A stretch of DNA of 64,000 nt from Monocercomonoides exilis PA203 (lineage: Eukaryota; Protista; Preaxostyla): contig LSRY02000071.1 of NCBI GenBank assembly GCA_001643675.2, positions 62,001-126,000 of the forward strand, in the 5' to 3' direction. Both the position numbers and the translations under genes were made by a program. The notes below the pieces were generated by a model. That model ran no database searches, was not told where the DNA came from, and saw nothing but the letters and a program-made list of their open reading frames with translations. This document shows positions 38,586 to 49,712 of this stretch, in pieces. The stretch's first letter is position 1, and each line of letters starts with the position of its first letter.

Positions 38586-41500
38586 TCACAGAAATTCTTC
38601 CTTTCCCTTCACTTATTTGCCACATGATCCTTTGTGCCATGTCAAAAAATATCCCATTGAGCTTGAGTTCCTCTTTTCTGCCTCTTCTGCTGCTGCTTCC
38701 GAAAAGATTTTTGTAAATAAAAATTCCACAAAAATTTCTTTTCCCATTCTCTTCAGTTTTTCCGCCTGGATCATTCTGCCAAACGCTCTTCAGTTGCTGA
38801 ATTCTACCAATTTTTCCCAGGAATGTCCCAGAAAAAGCAGTGTTTCCACATCCCATGTTTCATGCTCCCCCAGCGCTTCTGGCAACACCTGATCGCATCA
38901 CACATCAATCTAATCAAAAATTTAAAAAATACAAATACAAATAAAAAATGATACATGAAGAAAATGAACAAACAAGAACAAAATACCTCCACAAATCTTC
39001 ATTTCTCTTCGCTCCCCTCGTCCCCTGTTTGCCTCTCTCCAATTAACTCTCACCCCAACATCATCCACTCCAAGCACCACACACACCACGCCTTCGCCTT
39101 TCAAATCCAATTCCAAATAAAGAAAAAATTAAATGTTGTTTTCGCCCGCTCTTCCATTGCCCATTCAACCCCGCTCTCACCATTCTTCTCTTCCCTTCTT
39201 CCTCCATCCAGCCCTCAATCCAAAAAAAAAATATAGAATATTTCTTCCTCTTCTCATTCTTCAAGCTAGGCTTAAAAAACAGTCTGCGTTCAATAGCCAT
39301 CCCTCAGGCAACATATGATGGCTTTCTGCGCATCTTTCGGCAATTCACTCAATATCCTCAATAAAAAAAGAAATAATCATAAATTCAAATATAAAATATA
39401 TATATATATTCTCATGAAACAAATCATCAAACCTGTCTCCTCTTTCACCGTGAAAGGCTCACAAAGCAATCGCACAGTCCCTTTCCTGTGCTGCCTCGAC
39501 TGCCCAGGTGAGCATGACTGCATCCCCAAACATCGCCAGCCATCAGCTGCCAAAATACAACATCCAACTCGCTTTTGTCACCCCCTTTAAAATAAAAAAA
39601 TATGTGTGTGAAAATTCCACTTGTAATGTGCTCTTCCGCCAAGCAGACACTCCGCTCCGCACTCTCCATTCCCCTCCCCTTTCCTGCTCCTTCTCACAAA
39701 CATTGTTTCCCACGCTCGCCTTTCTTTTCCAAAAAGGAACTGCTGAAAAATCATCCCATCAAACATAGCTGCTGCAAGCACCTTTTTCTCTTTGTGGGCA
39801 TCCGCTTCTCTGATCAGCCACAAACTGAACCCTGCTCCCCACAAACAAACTCGCTTATCAATCAAACACTGCCAAACACATGAAATTCAGAAAATGAACA
39901 AATATCCCCCAAAACTAGTTTAATTTTTGTTTTCACACACCCCTCTCAACCTTGTCCCTTTTCACTCAGCCATTGCCGAGAAAAAGAAAATATTAAAATG
40001 ATTTGTTGGTTTGAGTCTTTTTGTAATGGATTCAATGATCATCAGATTCGAAAGAACTGGAATATTCCATTCACAGAATGAGAAATCCGTGAGTGAACAT
40101 TATCTGTAGAACTAGGAATATTATTTCCTGTGATGACAACGGACAATGATGGAGATGCAATATTTTTGGAATTCTATCTGATGATTTTTGTCAATTGGAT
40201 GGCCAAGGGGAATGCAACAATTTCATCAATTACACAAAAAGATATAATGTATGTAATTTATATTGTTCAATTGATTGTGAAGATATTTCCGTCTGTATCC
40301 TCTCCAAAGTGCAGGAATGTGAGTTATTGTTGAAATGGCCAATCTCCGCTTTGGAGAGCAACACGATGAGAACGGAGCTTGTTATTGTATAGCAATTTGG
40401 AAATAAATGAAGTTACGCAAGATATATGATTTTTATTTGGAACAAGAGGTGAAAACAAATTCAACTGATGTTTTGTTGAATGAAGATAATAAGAAGGAAT
40501 TCTGTGAAGGACAAAATCTGCACAAAATTATATAGAATTTTGTAATTAAATGCAGGGAGAGCAGTTTGGGGTATTTTTTTGGAAAGGAAAGTGGCTGGCA
40601 ATATCAAGGGAAGGATATTAATCACAAAAAAAAGGCAATAAATCAACGAAAAAAAAGGAGAGCCCCAAAATATCGATTTTATTTATAAGGTTTTCCTGTT
40701 TCTCGAACTGTGCCAGGCAGACATGGAAGGCTGCGAATTTCTTTTTCTGATTCCGCTTTTGCTTCAAAAGAGTGGAGAAACGCCAACTACGAGACATCCA
40801 ATTGTCGAATATTAGCTTGCAGTCGAACAACATTCAGGCCAAACGCTTTTGGATTTCATTCTTCGAAGGGACAGCCATTTTGAGCAAGCAAGATGATTAT
40901 CATTCGAAGTTTGCTTTCTTCGACGCCACAGGCAACTACAGAAAAATACAGAATATTTGTGATCAGCATCTTCAAGCGCAACCATCCAGAGATTTTATTG
41001 TTATGCTCCATTTGCGTGGCATCGATGCGGAGTTGATTTGTGGAGACCTTGTTGCTTCGTATTGGGTGCGCTGAGGTGTTTGCAAACGTTAGACAAGACG
41101 GCCATGTTTTCTCAGACGAACATCGAGAGTGAGCAATTTCTCTGAAGACTGTTTAATTTATTTATTTCTGATTGTTATGATGTTGGCTTGTGTTTATCTT
41201 GTGTTGTGGCTTCTATTAGAAATGGTTTTTAAAAATGGGGAATTCTTCAGATTCTGCTTTCAACCGAATATATTCTCTGGAGCCGATTGAGTTCACTCTG
41301 CTTTTCGACTACCTGCAAGTCGTCTGATGTGTTATTGTGTTCCTTCGTCTTCTGGAGAGTTGCAGCAATTATTGAATCAGAGGCATTTTTTTAATGTGAG
41401 GGTGCTTCCATAGCGCGTTGTGGCTAATGCTATGAGATAGGGAATTAAATTGTTTGATAGCAGGAGACAGCAGCGGTGGTGCAAGAAAAGCAAAAGAATG

Positions 41501-41997
41501 CTTCGATCATATGCAGGACAAGGAAGCTATTTGTTGCAGAAGCAGAACTGCAGAGGAAGGAAACGAACGAGAACAAAAGAAGAAGGAAAGAAAGTGAAGA
41601 AACGAGAGGAAGAAGGAGGGAAGGGATGTAGGAATGAATCTGGATTTGGTGCAGATAACGATGGCTGTGAATCAATTGAGGTTTTCTATTTATTTTATTT
41701 TTTATTTTCTTCTTTTTTCTCACGATTTTTATTTGACATTGATTATTTTAAGATGATTCTTTTGTTCTTTAGAGAGTGAAATCCCTTGACGAATCATCGA
41801 TAACAACCTCATTTGAATTTTCAATTCAGAAAGCTTATTTGTGTGCTTTGGGAAGAATTGCAGAAGATGGCAACTGAATAAATTTAGGTGAAATCTTTCT
41901 GAAAAAGAAGGTGTGACAGGTTTACAATTGGAAAAGGCAGTTTTGTGGAGATACTTTTGGTGTGAGTGCGTGTTTACTTCTATGAGCAGGAGAAGAT

Positions 41998-43675
41998 GTG
42001 GAAAGGGGAGATGGGCTTATTTATGCATTGACAAACATTACATTGAAAGGGTGGAGAAGAGAGGGAGAGATATACTTGGGCAGGCTGTTTGGAGGGAAGG
42101 GATATGGAGGGGAGAAGGGTGGAGGTGAAGGCAAAGAAAAAGCGAGTGAAGGAGGAGAAAGAGGAAGGGGAAGAGGAAGAGAAGGAGATGGATATGGAGA
42201 AGGCATCGAAGGGAGTATTTCGGTGAGCGAATCACGATTCTCTTCTTTTTGTGTCTCATCAGCCCCATTCCTCTCATCCCCTTCAATTCCTCTAATATCC
42301 CTCTCCAAACTCACTTTTTTCAACATCTCAACAGCAAATGATGCATGCTCACCTTCAACCACAATATCAACCCAAACCTCGTGTTTGATGAACAGCTGCT
42401 CATTCTCATCAGTCTGCGATGCGTATGATGGCGGGATTGTTCCTTCTCTGAACAACCCCTTTGCATCTCTAGCTGTCTCGAACACCTCGTTTGTTGAGTG
42501 TTGTCGGACAAGGAATGTTGTTTGCGAAGGAAATGCAGATCATAAGCTGACTCCAGACAGACAGAATGAAACATTCAATGGAGCTAATTCATTCACTTGG
42601 TGCGAATGGGATGGGTCGAAGACAACAGGAGAAAGCGATTCATGGACGGATGGAGAATCGAGTGGTGGGGCTATCTGCATGTATGGTCAATCAAACGCCT
42701 CTGTGTCTGTTTCTCATTGCTCTTTCAACAACTGCTATGCTTATTATGCAGGAGGCGGTATTTATTGTTACAATATCAAATCTGTTGAGATTGTGAACAA
42801 CACCTTGATTCTTGTACTGCACAAAGTTATCGTGGTGGTGGGATGTTCATTCATACTATTAAATTGTGTGTTCGGATCAGCGGATGTGAATTCCAGAATT
42901 GCAATGGAAGAGAATGTGGAGGAGGACTTTTGCTTCATACTTTTGATGTTTCAGGATCAGGATGCATTGGAACAGAAAATGGAGGAGGGAAAGTGCGTGT
43001 GTATTTGACTGCAGCTTCACTTCATGTTCACTTACGAACAGTTGGGGAGGAGGCATGTACTGTTATGGAGTTCCTAATCAATTCAAAATGAGGAGCATTC
43101 AGTTCATTTCATGTTCTGCAATGACAAGGGGAGGCGGATTTCATTTGGAGCCAGCAAAACAAACAGCGCCAAATGAAACAATTTATTGCTATTTCCTCTT
43201 CTTCCATGAATGCAAATGCTTGGCCAATGTTTCATATGGTCACGATATGATATACTTAGATTATTACAAAGTCTTTTTGAATTCAGACAATCCTTTCTAT
43301 GAATGCTATACAACAAATACAGATGACCAGAGGGTGTGCTATGGACATGATTATTCGAGTTCAACGGGTTGGACATTTCAGCACACAGAAAAGTGGGATT
43401 GGCTGAAGAGAGGGATTCTCAATCGGTTTGTGGCTGTGAGTGGTGGCGGTGAAGAAGATCTGTGTGGACTGGATGAGTCAAGTGCATGCCGAACAATTGG
43501 TGTTGCAGTCATTCGGAGCGTGATTCAAGTGAGCCTGTCAGTCACGCTGATGGACGGGAATCATCAAAGCGAGGCAACAACAATTGATATTGGGGAAAAG
43601 AAGATTTCAGTCATTGGAACAGGAGAGAATTCATCATCTTTGGAAATATCGGACTCACAATGTGAACATCATTGA
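41998..43675 (+). pseudogene. Copy G', palindromic twin of G with a different 5' flank and two 1-bp frameshifts
   Basis: ORFs 41998-43008, 42843-43091 and 42962-43675 reproduce G from ALTNITLKG onward. Confidence 0.75.
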
Positions 43676-46600
43676 GATTATGTTTATTGTTTGAGCACTT
43701 TTCATTGTTGGTACAAGATTTTTGCCTGTTGCGAGATTTTGTCTTTTGTATTAGAAAAAGTGAAATAGAATAGTATTTTGATTGAAAAAATCGAAATAAT
43801 TTGCTTATGTAATATTTTAAAAGTATTCAATCAAGCTAAAAAGAAAAAGAAAAGGAAAAAAAACAAACTTTAACAATGATGAAACAATGCATGTATTTGA
43901 GTGTTTCAAAAAAATCAGGAATGGAAATATGAAATTGTTATGGCTTTTTGGTTTAAAATCAAAAAAATATATAATATTCACAATCGCATCTGTAACAGGC
44001 TTGGCTGTAGATGCACTCTCTTTGACCCTTGCTAATAATCACAATCGTTTATAGTCACAAAAAATGTATCCAAAAATGAATGAGATTAGAAAAGATTTTG
44101 ACAATGATTAGATATTGTTTTCATTGGCTGAGTGATTGATTTTGATGCTATTTCTTTGTTTATTTTTCTTAGATGCCAAAACGCAAAGAAATGGAAAGTT
44201 TTTATTCAAAAGAGTTATCAAAATTATCGAATTAAGTTGATAAAGTATCCATTTTCCGTAATCTCCTTTGCCGATAATGAATCACAAATTATCTTTATCT
44301 TTCGATCTAATTATTAAATATCGGAAACTGATAATTCAATACAAATACCGTTTTATCCTTTTTTTTCAAATAAAATAAATTCACCAGAAATGCAGTATTA
44401 ATCGATATGATCACTTTTGCTTTTGCTCAATTTTTGGTGATCATATCAGATTTTTTATTTCAGTAACTGTTGCTTTTTCCATCAGGAAAAAAATACCACA
44501 AATATCAATAAATTTCACAATAACTGATGATTTATTCTTAGAAATGCAATATTTATAATTCCCCACTTATATCTGATATTCTTTGTGAGATGATATATCG
44601 ACGAACGATTTTTATCAAAAAAATTAAGAATAAAAATTAAAAATTAAAAAAAAAAGTTTTTAACAAAAATTTCAATAATTTTGATTTTTGATGTTTCTTC
44701 ACTTGAATAAAAACAAAAACAAATATGGGTGATTATTTTTGAAATTATAACTTTTTTCGGGGTGTTAATTTTTCTAAGCTTGTTTGTCATTGGGAAGAGA
44801 TTTTGTATTCAAATTGAAAAATTATCACAACTGTTTTGAAAACAAATGTTTTCACTCAAATAAAGATGAAGATGTCTTCTATGAGCTTTTTCATTTTTCA
44901 GTGTTCTTTTGTTGATATTGAAGTTTTATTTTCGAACCGAAATTTTTGAAAGAAAAAAATTTGATATAAAAAATAATCACTAATATCTACAAGGATAACT
45001 GTTTTGACGTTGACCTGTTCAGCCATTTCTTTTTTCAATTGTTTGAAAGTTGTTCTTCCTGAAAAGAAACATCTTTTTTGTTGAACAAATTCAATTTATT
45101 ATAATTAATGAAACTCAGCAGTTGGTTAAAAACTAATATTTCAAGATACCTCATCTTTCGTTTTTTCATGAGAGTATCATTTTTGATATTATCGACAAGA
45201 ATCATAAAGATAGTGTGATGCGCCAGGCAGATATTGAAAAATGGGTAATTAGTTTTAAAATTTATCACTTTTGAATTATTAACTTCATTTGTGACATTCT
45301 CATATTGTTATCAACTTTCATTTCCCAATCTCAAATTATTGTCATGACAGTCATGACAGCTTTTCTCGCAACACATTTCATTGCAAAAGAAAATTTGAGA
45401 TTGGGAAATGAAAGTTGATAACAATATGAGAATGTCACAAATGAAGTTAATAATTCAAAAGTGATAAATTTTAAAACTAATTACCCATTTTTCAATATCT
45501 GCCTGGCGCATCACACTATCTTTATGATTCTTGTCGATAATATCAAAAATGATACTCTCATGAAAAAACGAAAGATGAGGTATCTTGAAATATTAGTTTT
45601 TAACCAACTGCTGAGTTTCATTAATTATAATAAATTGAATTTGTTCAACAAAAAAGATGTTTCTTTTCAGGAAGAACAACTTTCAAACAATTGAAAAAAG
45701 AAATGGCTGAACAGGTCAACGTCAAAACAGTTATCCTTGTAGATATTAGTGATTATTTTTTATATCAAATTTTTTTCTTTCAAAAATTTCGGTTCGAAAA
45801 TAAAACTTCAATATCAACAAAAGAACACTGAAAAATGAAAAAGCTCATAGAAGACATCTTCATCTTTATTTGAGTGAAAACATTTGTTTTCAAAACAGTT
45901 GTGATAATTTTTCAATTTGAATACAAAATCTCTTCCCAATGACAAACAAGCTTAGAAAAATTAACACCCCGAAAAAAGTTATAATTTCAAAAATAATCAC
46001 CCATATTTGTTTTTGTTTTTATTCAAGTGAAGAAACATCAAAAATCAAAATTATTGAAATTTTTGTTAAAAACTTTTTTTTTTAATTTTTAATTTTTATT
46101 CTTAATTTTTTTGATAAAAATCGTTCGTCGATATATCATCTCACAAAGAATATCAGATATAAGTGGGGAATTATAAATATTGCATTTCTAAGAATAAATC
46201 ATCAGTTATTGTGAAATTTATTGATATTTGTGGTATTTTTTTCCTGATGGAAAAAGCAACAGTTACTGAAATAAAAAATCTGATATGATCACCAAAAATT
46301 GAGCAAAAGCAAAAGTGATCATATCGATTAATACTGCATTTCTGGTGAATTTATTTTATTTGAAAAAAAAGGATAAAACGGTATTTGTATTGAATTATCA
46401 GTTTCCGATATTTAATAATTAGATCGAAAGATAAAGATAATTTGTGATTCATTATCGGCAAAGGAGATTACGGAAAATGGATACTTTATCAACTTAATTC
46501 GATAATTTTGATAACTCTTTTGAATAAAAACTTTCCATTTCTTTGCGTTTTGGCATCTAAGAAAAATAAACAAAGAAATAGCATCAAAATCAATCACTCA

Positions 46601-48704
46601 GCCAATGAAAACAATATCTAATCATTGTCAAAATCTTTTCTAATCTCATTCATTTTTGGATACATTTTTTGTGACTATAAACGATTGTGATTATTAGCAA
46701 GGGTCAAAGAGAGTGCATCTACAGCCAAGCCTGTTACAGATGCGATTGTGAATATTATATATTTTTTTGATTTTAAACCAAAAAGCCATAACAATTTCAT
46801 ATTTCCATTCCTGATTTTTTTGAAACACTCAAATACATGCATTGTTTCATCATTGTTAAAGTTTGTTTTTTTTCCTTTTCTTTTTCTTTTTAGCTTGATT
46901 GAATACTTTTAAAATATTACATAAGCAAATTATTTCGATTTTTTCAATCAAAATACTATTCTATTTCACTTTTTCTAATACAAAAGACAAAATCTCGCAA
47001 CAGGCAAAAAATCTTGTACCAACAATGAAAAGTGCTCAAACAATAAACATAATCTCAATGATGTTCACATTGTGAGTCCGATATTTCCAAAGATGATGAA
47101 TTCTCTCCTGTTCCAATGACTGAAATCTTCTTTTCCCCAATATCAATTGTTGTTGCCTCGCTTTGATGATTCCCGTCCATCAGCGTGACTGACAGGCTCA
47201 CTTGAATCACGCTCCGAATGACTGCAACACCAATTGTTCGGCATGCACTTGACTCATCCAGTCCACACAGATCTTCTTCACCGCCACCACTCACAGCCAC
47301 AAACCGATTGAGAATCCCTCTCTTCAGCCAATCCCACTTTTCTGTGTGCTGAAATGTCCAACCCGTTGAACTCGAATAATCATGTCCATAGCACACCCTC
47401 TGGTCATCTGTATTTGTTGTATAGCATTCATAGAAAGGATTGTCTGAATTCAAAAAGACTTTGTAATAATCTAAGTATATCATATCGTGACCATATGAAA
47501 CATTGGCCAAGCATTTGCATTCATGGAAGAAGAGGAAATAGCAATAAATTGTTTCATTTGGCGCTGTTTGTTTTGCTGGCTCCAAATGAAATCCGCCTCC
47601 CCTTGTCATTGCAGAACATGAAATGAACTGAATGCTCCTCATTTTGAATTGATTAGGAACTCCATAACAGTACATGCCTCCTCCCCAACTGTTCGTAAGT
47701 GAACATGAAGTGAAGCTGCAGTCAAATACACACGCACTTTCCCCTCCTCCATTTTCTGTTCCAATGCATCCTGATCCTGAAACATCAAAAGTATGAAGCA
47801 AAAGTCCTCCTCCACATTCTCTTCCATTGCAATTCTGGAATTCACATCCGCTGATCCGAACACACAATTTAATAGTATGAATGAACATCCCACCACCACG
47901 ATAACTTTGTGCAGTACAAGAATCAAAGGTGTTGTTCACAATCTCAACAGATTTGATATTGTAACAATAAATACCGCCTCCTGCATAATAAGCATAGCAG
48001 TTGTTGAAAGAGCAATGAGAAACAGACACAGAGGCGTTTGATTGACCATACATGCAGATAGCCCCACCACTCGATTCTCCATCCGTCCATGAATCGCTTT
48101 CTCCTGTTGTCTTCGACCCATCCCATTCGCACCAAGTGAATGAATTAGCTCCATTGAATGTTTCATTCTGTCTGTCTGGAGTCAGCTTATGATCTGCATT
48201 TCCTTCGCAAACAACATTCCTTGTCCGACAACACTCAACAAACGAGGTGTTCGAGACAGCTAGAGATGCAAAGGGGTTGTTCAGAGAAGGAACAATCCCG
48301 CCATCATACGCATCGCAGACTGATGAGAATGAGCAGCTGTTCATCAAACACGAGGTTTGGGTTGATATTGTGGTTGAAGGTGAGCATGCATCATTTGCTG
48401 TTGAGATGTTGAAAAAAGTGAGTTTGGAGAGGGATATTAGAGGAATTGAAGGGGATGAGAGGAATGGGGCTGATGAGACACAAAAAGAAGAGAATCGTGA
48501 TTCGCTCACCGAAATACTCCCTTCGATGCCTTCTCCATATCCATCTCCTTCTCTTCCTCTTCCTCTTCCTCTTTCTCCTCCTTCACTCGCTTTTTCTTTG
48601 CCTTCACCTCCACCCTTCTCCCCTCCATATCCCTTCCCTCCAAACAGCCTGCCCAAGTATATCTCTCCCTCTCTTCTCCACCCTTTCAATGTAATGTTTG
48701 TCAA
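42028..48704. repeat. Giant palindrome P3: arms 42028-45337 / 45392-48704; 54-bp spacer
   Basis: Identical mirror ORFs 45035-45268(-)/45461-45694(+), 44132-44317(+)/46412-46597(-) and 43104-43376(-)/47354-47626(+). Confidence 0.97.
44723..44986. repeat. ~264 bp inverted-end unit, copy 3 (mirrored at 45743-46006)
   Basis: Starts atatgggtgattatttttgaaattataac and ends taaaaaataatcactaatat; interior homologous to 16158-16420. Confidence 0.7.
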
Positions 48705-48797
48705 CGCCCCAATGCTCCCACTCACATCAAATGCCCCTCCCTCAACATCCTTCTCCATCCCCATAACAAACTTTTCATCCCCTTCCATTTTTCTCAC
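47055..48797 (-). CDS. Family copy G (KRGILNRFVAV-type)
   Basis: 580-aa intact ORF; homology ends at KKISVIGTG. Confidence 0.78.
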   Translation of the reverse strand: MRKMEGDEKFVMGMEKDVEGGAFDVSGSIGALTNITLKGWRREGEIYLGRLFGGKGYGGEKGGGEGKEKASEGGERGRGRGREGDGYGEGIEGSISVSESRFSSFCVSSAPFLSSPSIPLISLSKLTFFNISTANDACSPSTTISTQTSCLMNSCSFSSVCDAYDGGIVPSLNNPFASLAVSNTSFVECCRTRNVVCEGNADHKLTPDRQNETFNGANSFTWCEWDGSKTTGESDSWTDGESSGGAICMYGQSNASVSVSHCSFNNCYAYYAGGGIYCYNIKSVEIVNNTFDSCTAQSYRGGGMFIHTIKLCVRISGCEFQNCNGRECGGGLLLHTFDVSGSGCIGTENGGGESACVFDCSFTSCSLTNSWGGGMYCYGVPNQFKMRSIQFISCSAMTRGGGFHLEPAKQTAPNETIYCYFLFFHECKCLANVSYGHDMIYLDYYKVFLNSDNPFYECYTTNTDDQRVCYGHDYSSSTGWTFQHTEKWDWLKRGILNRFVAVSGGGEEDLCGLDESSACRTIGVAVIRSVIQVSLSVTLMDGNHQSEATTIDIGEKKISVIGTGENSSSLEISDSQCEHH

Positions 48798-49626
48798 TCT
48801 TCTTCAAATATTTCAATAAAAATCATATAATCTATCTTCTCTTTCCGTTCCTCTTATTTCCCTCCTTTCATTCCTTTTCAATCTGTTTTCTTATAAATAC
48901 CTTCTTCTTCTCAATTATTTCTCAAATTTCTCCTTCTGCCATTTCTTCAATTTCTCTTCTCTCTATCTTTTATCGTTTTCCTTCCCCCTTTTCAAAATAC
49001 CTTTTCCATTTCGCAAATCCAACCTTTTCCATCCATTTCATATCTTTCCCTTTGCTCACTCATCTATGCCCATTCCGTTTCCCGCCTTCTGCCATCTTCC
49101 CGGGATTGCCTCAAAATCCATCTTTTCTCATATCTTGCGCTTTTATCCAACGAAGATATTCTTCCAAAAAGATCCTAATTTCAATATATATATATATATT
49201 AGAAAATTTTGATAAAATGTTATTTCTTTTGTTTAAAAAAAATATGTATTCATGCCTTTAACAATCTCCATTCTTCATTGCTTCTGTTCTTCTTCTTTCT
49301 CCTTCTTCAGATTATTTCCTTTCTGTAAACGCACACATTTCCCAAAACTCCGCCTTCTGTCACACAATTAACAGCTTTGTATCTCTTCTGCTCCTCCAAA
49401 AAAAAAAAAAACATTCCATTTCCATTCTCCTGTTCTGCTTCCATTCGAATTGCTCCTTCAACTTGTGCTTTCAAAAATAGGCGAGGACGACTCAGAAGAG
49501 GAAGAAGAAGGAGATGATGATGGCTAAGAAGGGCAAATCGAAGGAAAAAATGAAATTAATAAATTAAGGGGAGTGGATAATGGCGAAGATGGCGAAGAAG
49601 AATGATAGAAGAGAAAGAAGAGGAAT

Positions 49627-49628
49627 AA

Positions 49629-49704
<76 letters not shown>

Positions 49705-49712
49705 AAGAAGGC
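49627..49712 (+). repeat. (AAGGCGAAG)9 tandem repeat
   Basis: Read directly; nine perfect units plus a partial one. Confidence 0.93.

Larger units (their letters stand above)
30916..40619. repeat. Giant palindrome P2: arms 30916-35713 / 35847-40619; spacer 35714-35846
   Basis: Mirror ORF pairs 31143-31340(-)/40195-40392(+), 32237-32476(+)/39061-39300(-) and 33535-33795(+)/37744-38004(-). Boundaries read by eye. Confidence 0.97.

Noticed and set aside
30916-48704. Palindrome arms as terminal inverted repeats of large transposons or Polintons
   Set aside because: The arms enclose only 54-260 bp. No transposase, integrase or polymerase is recognisable, and I saw no target-site duplication at the outer ends.
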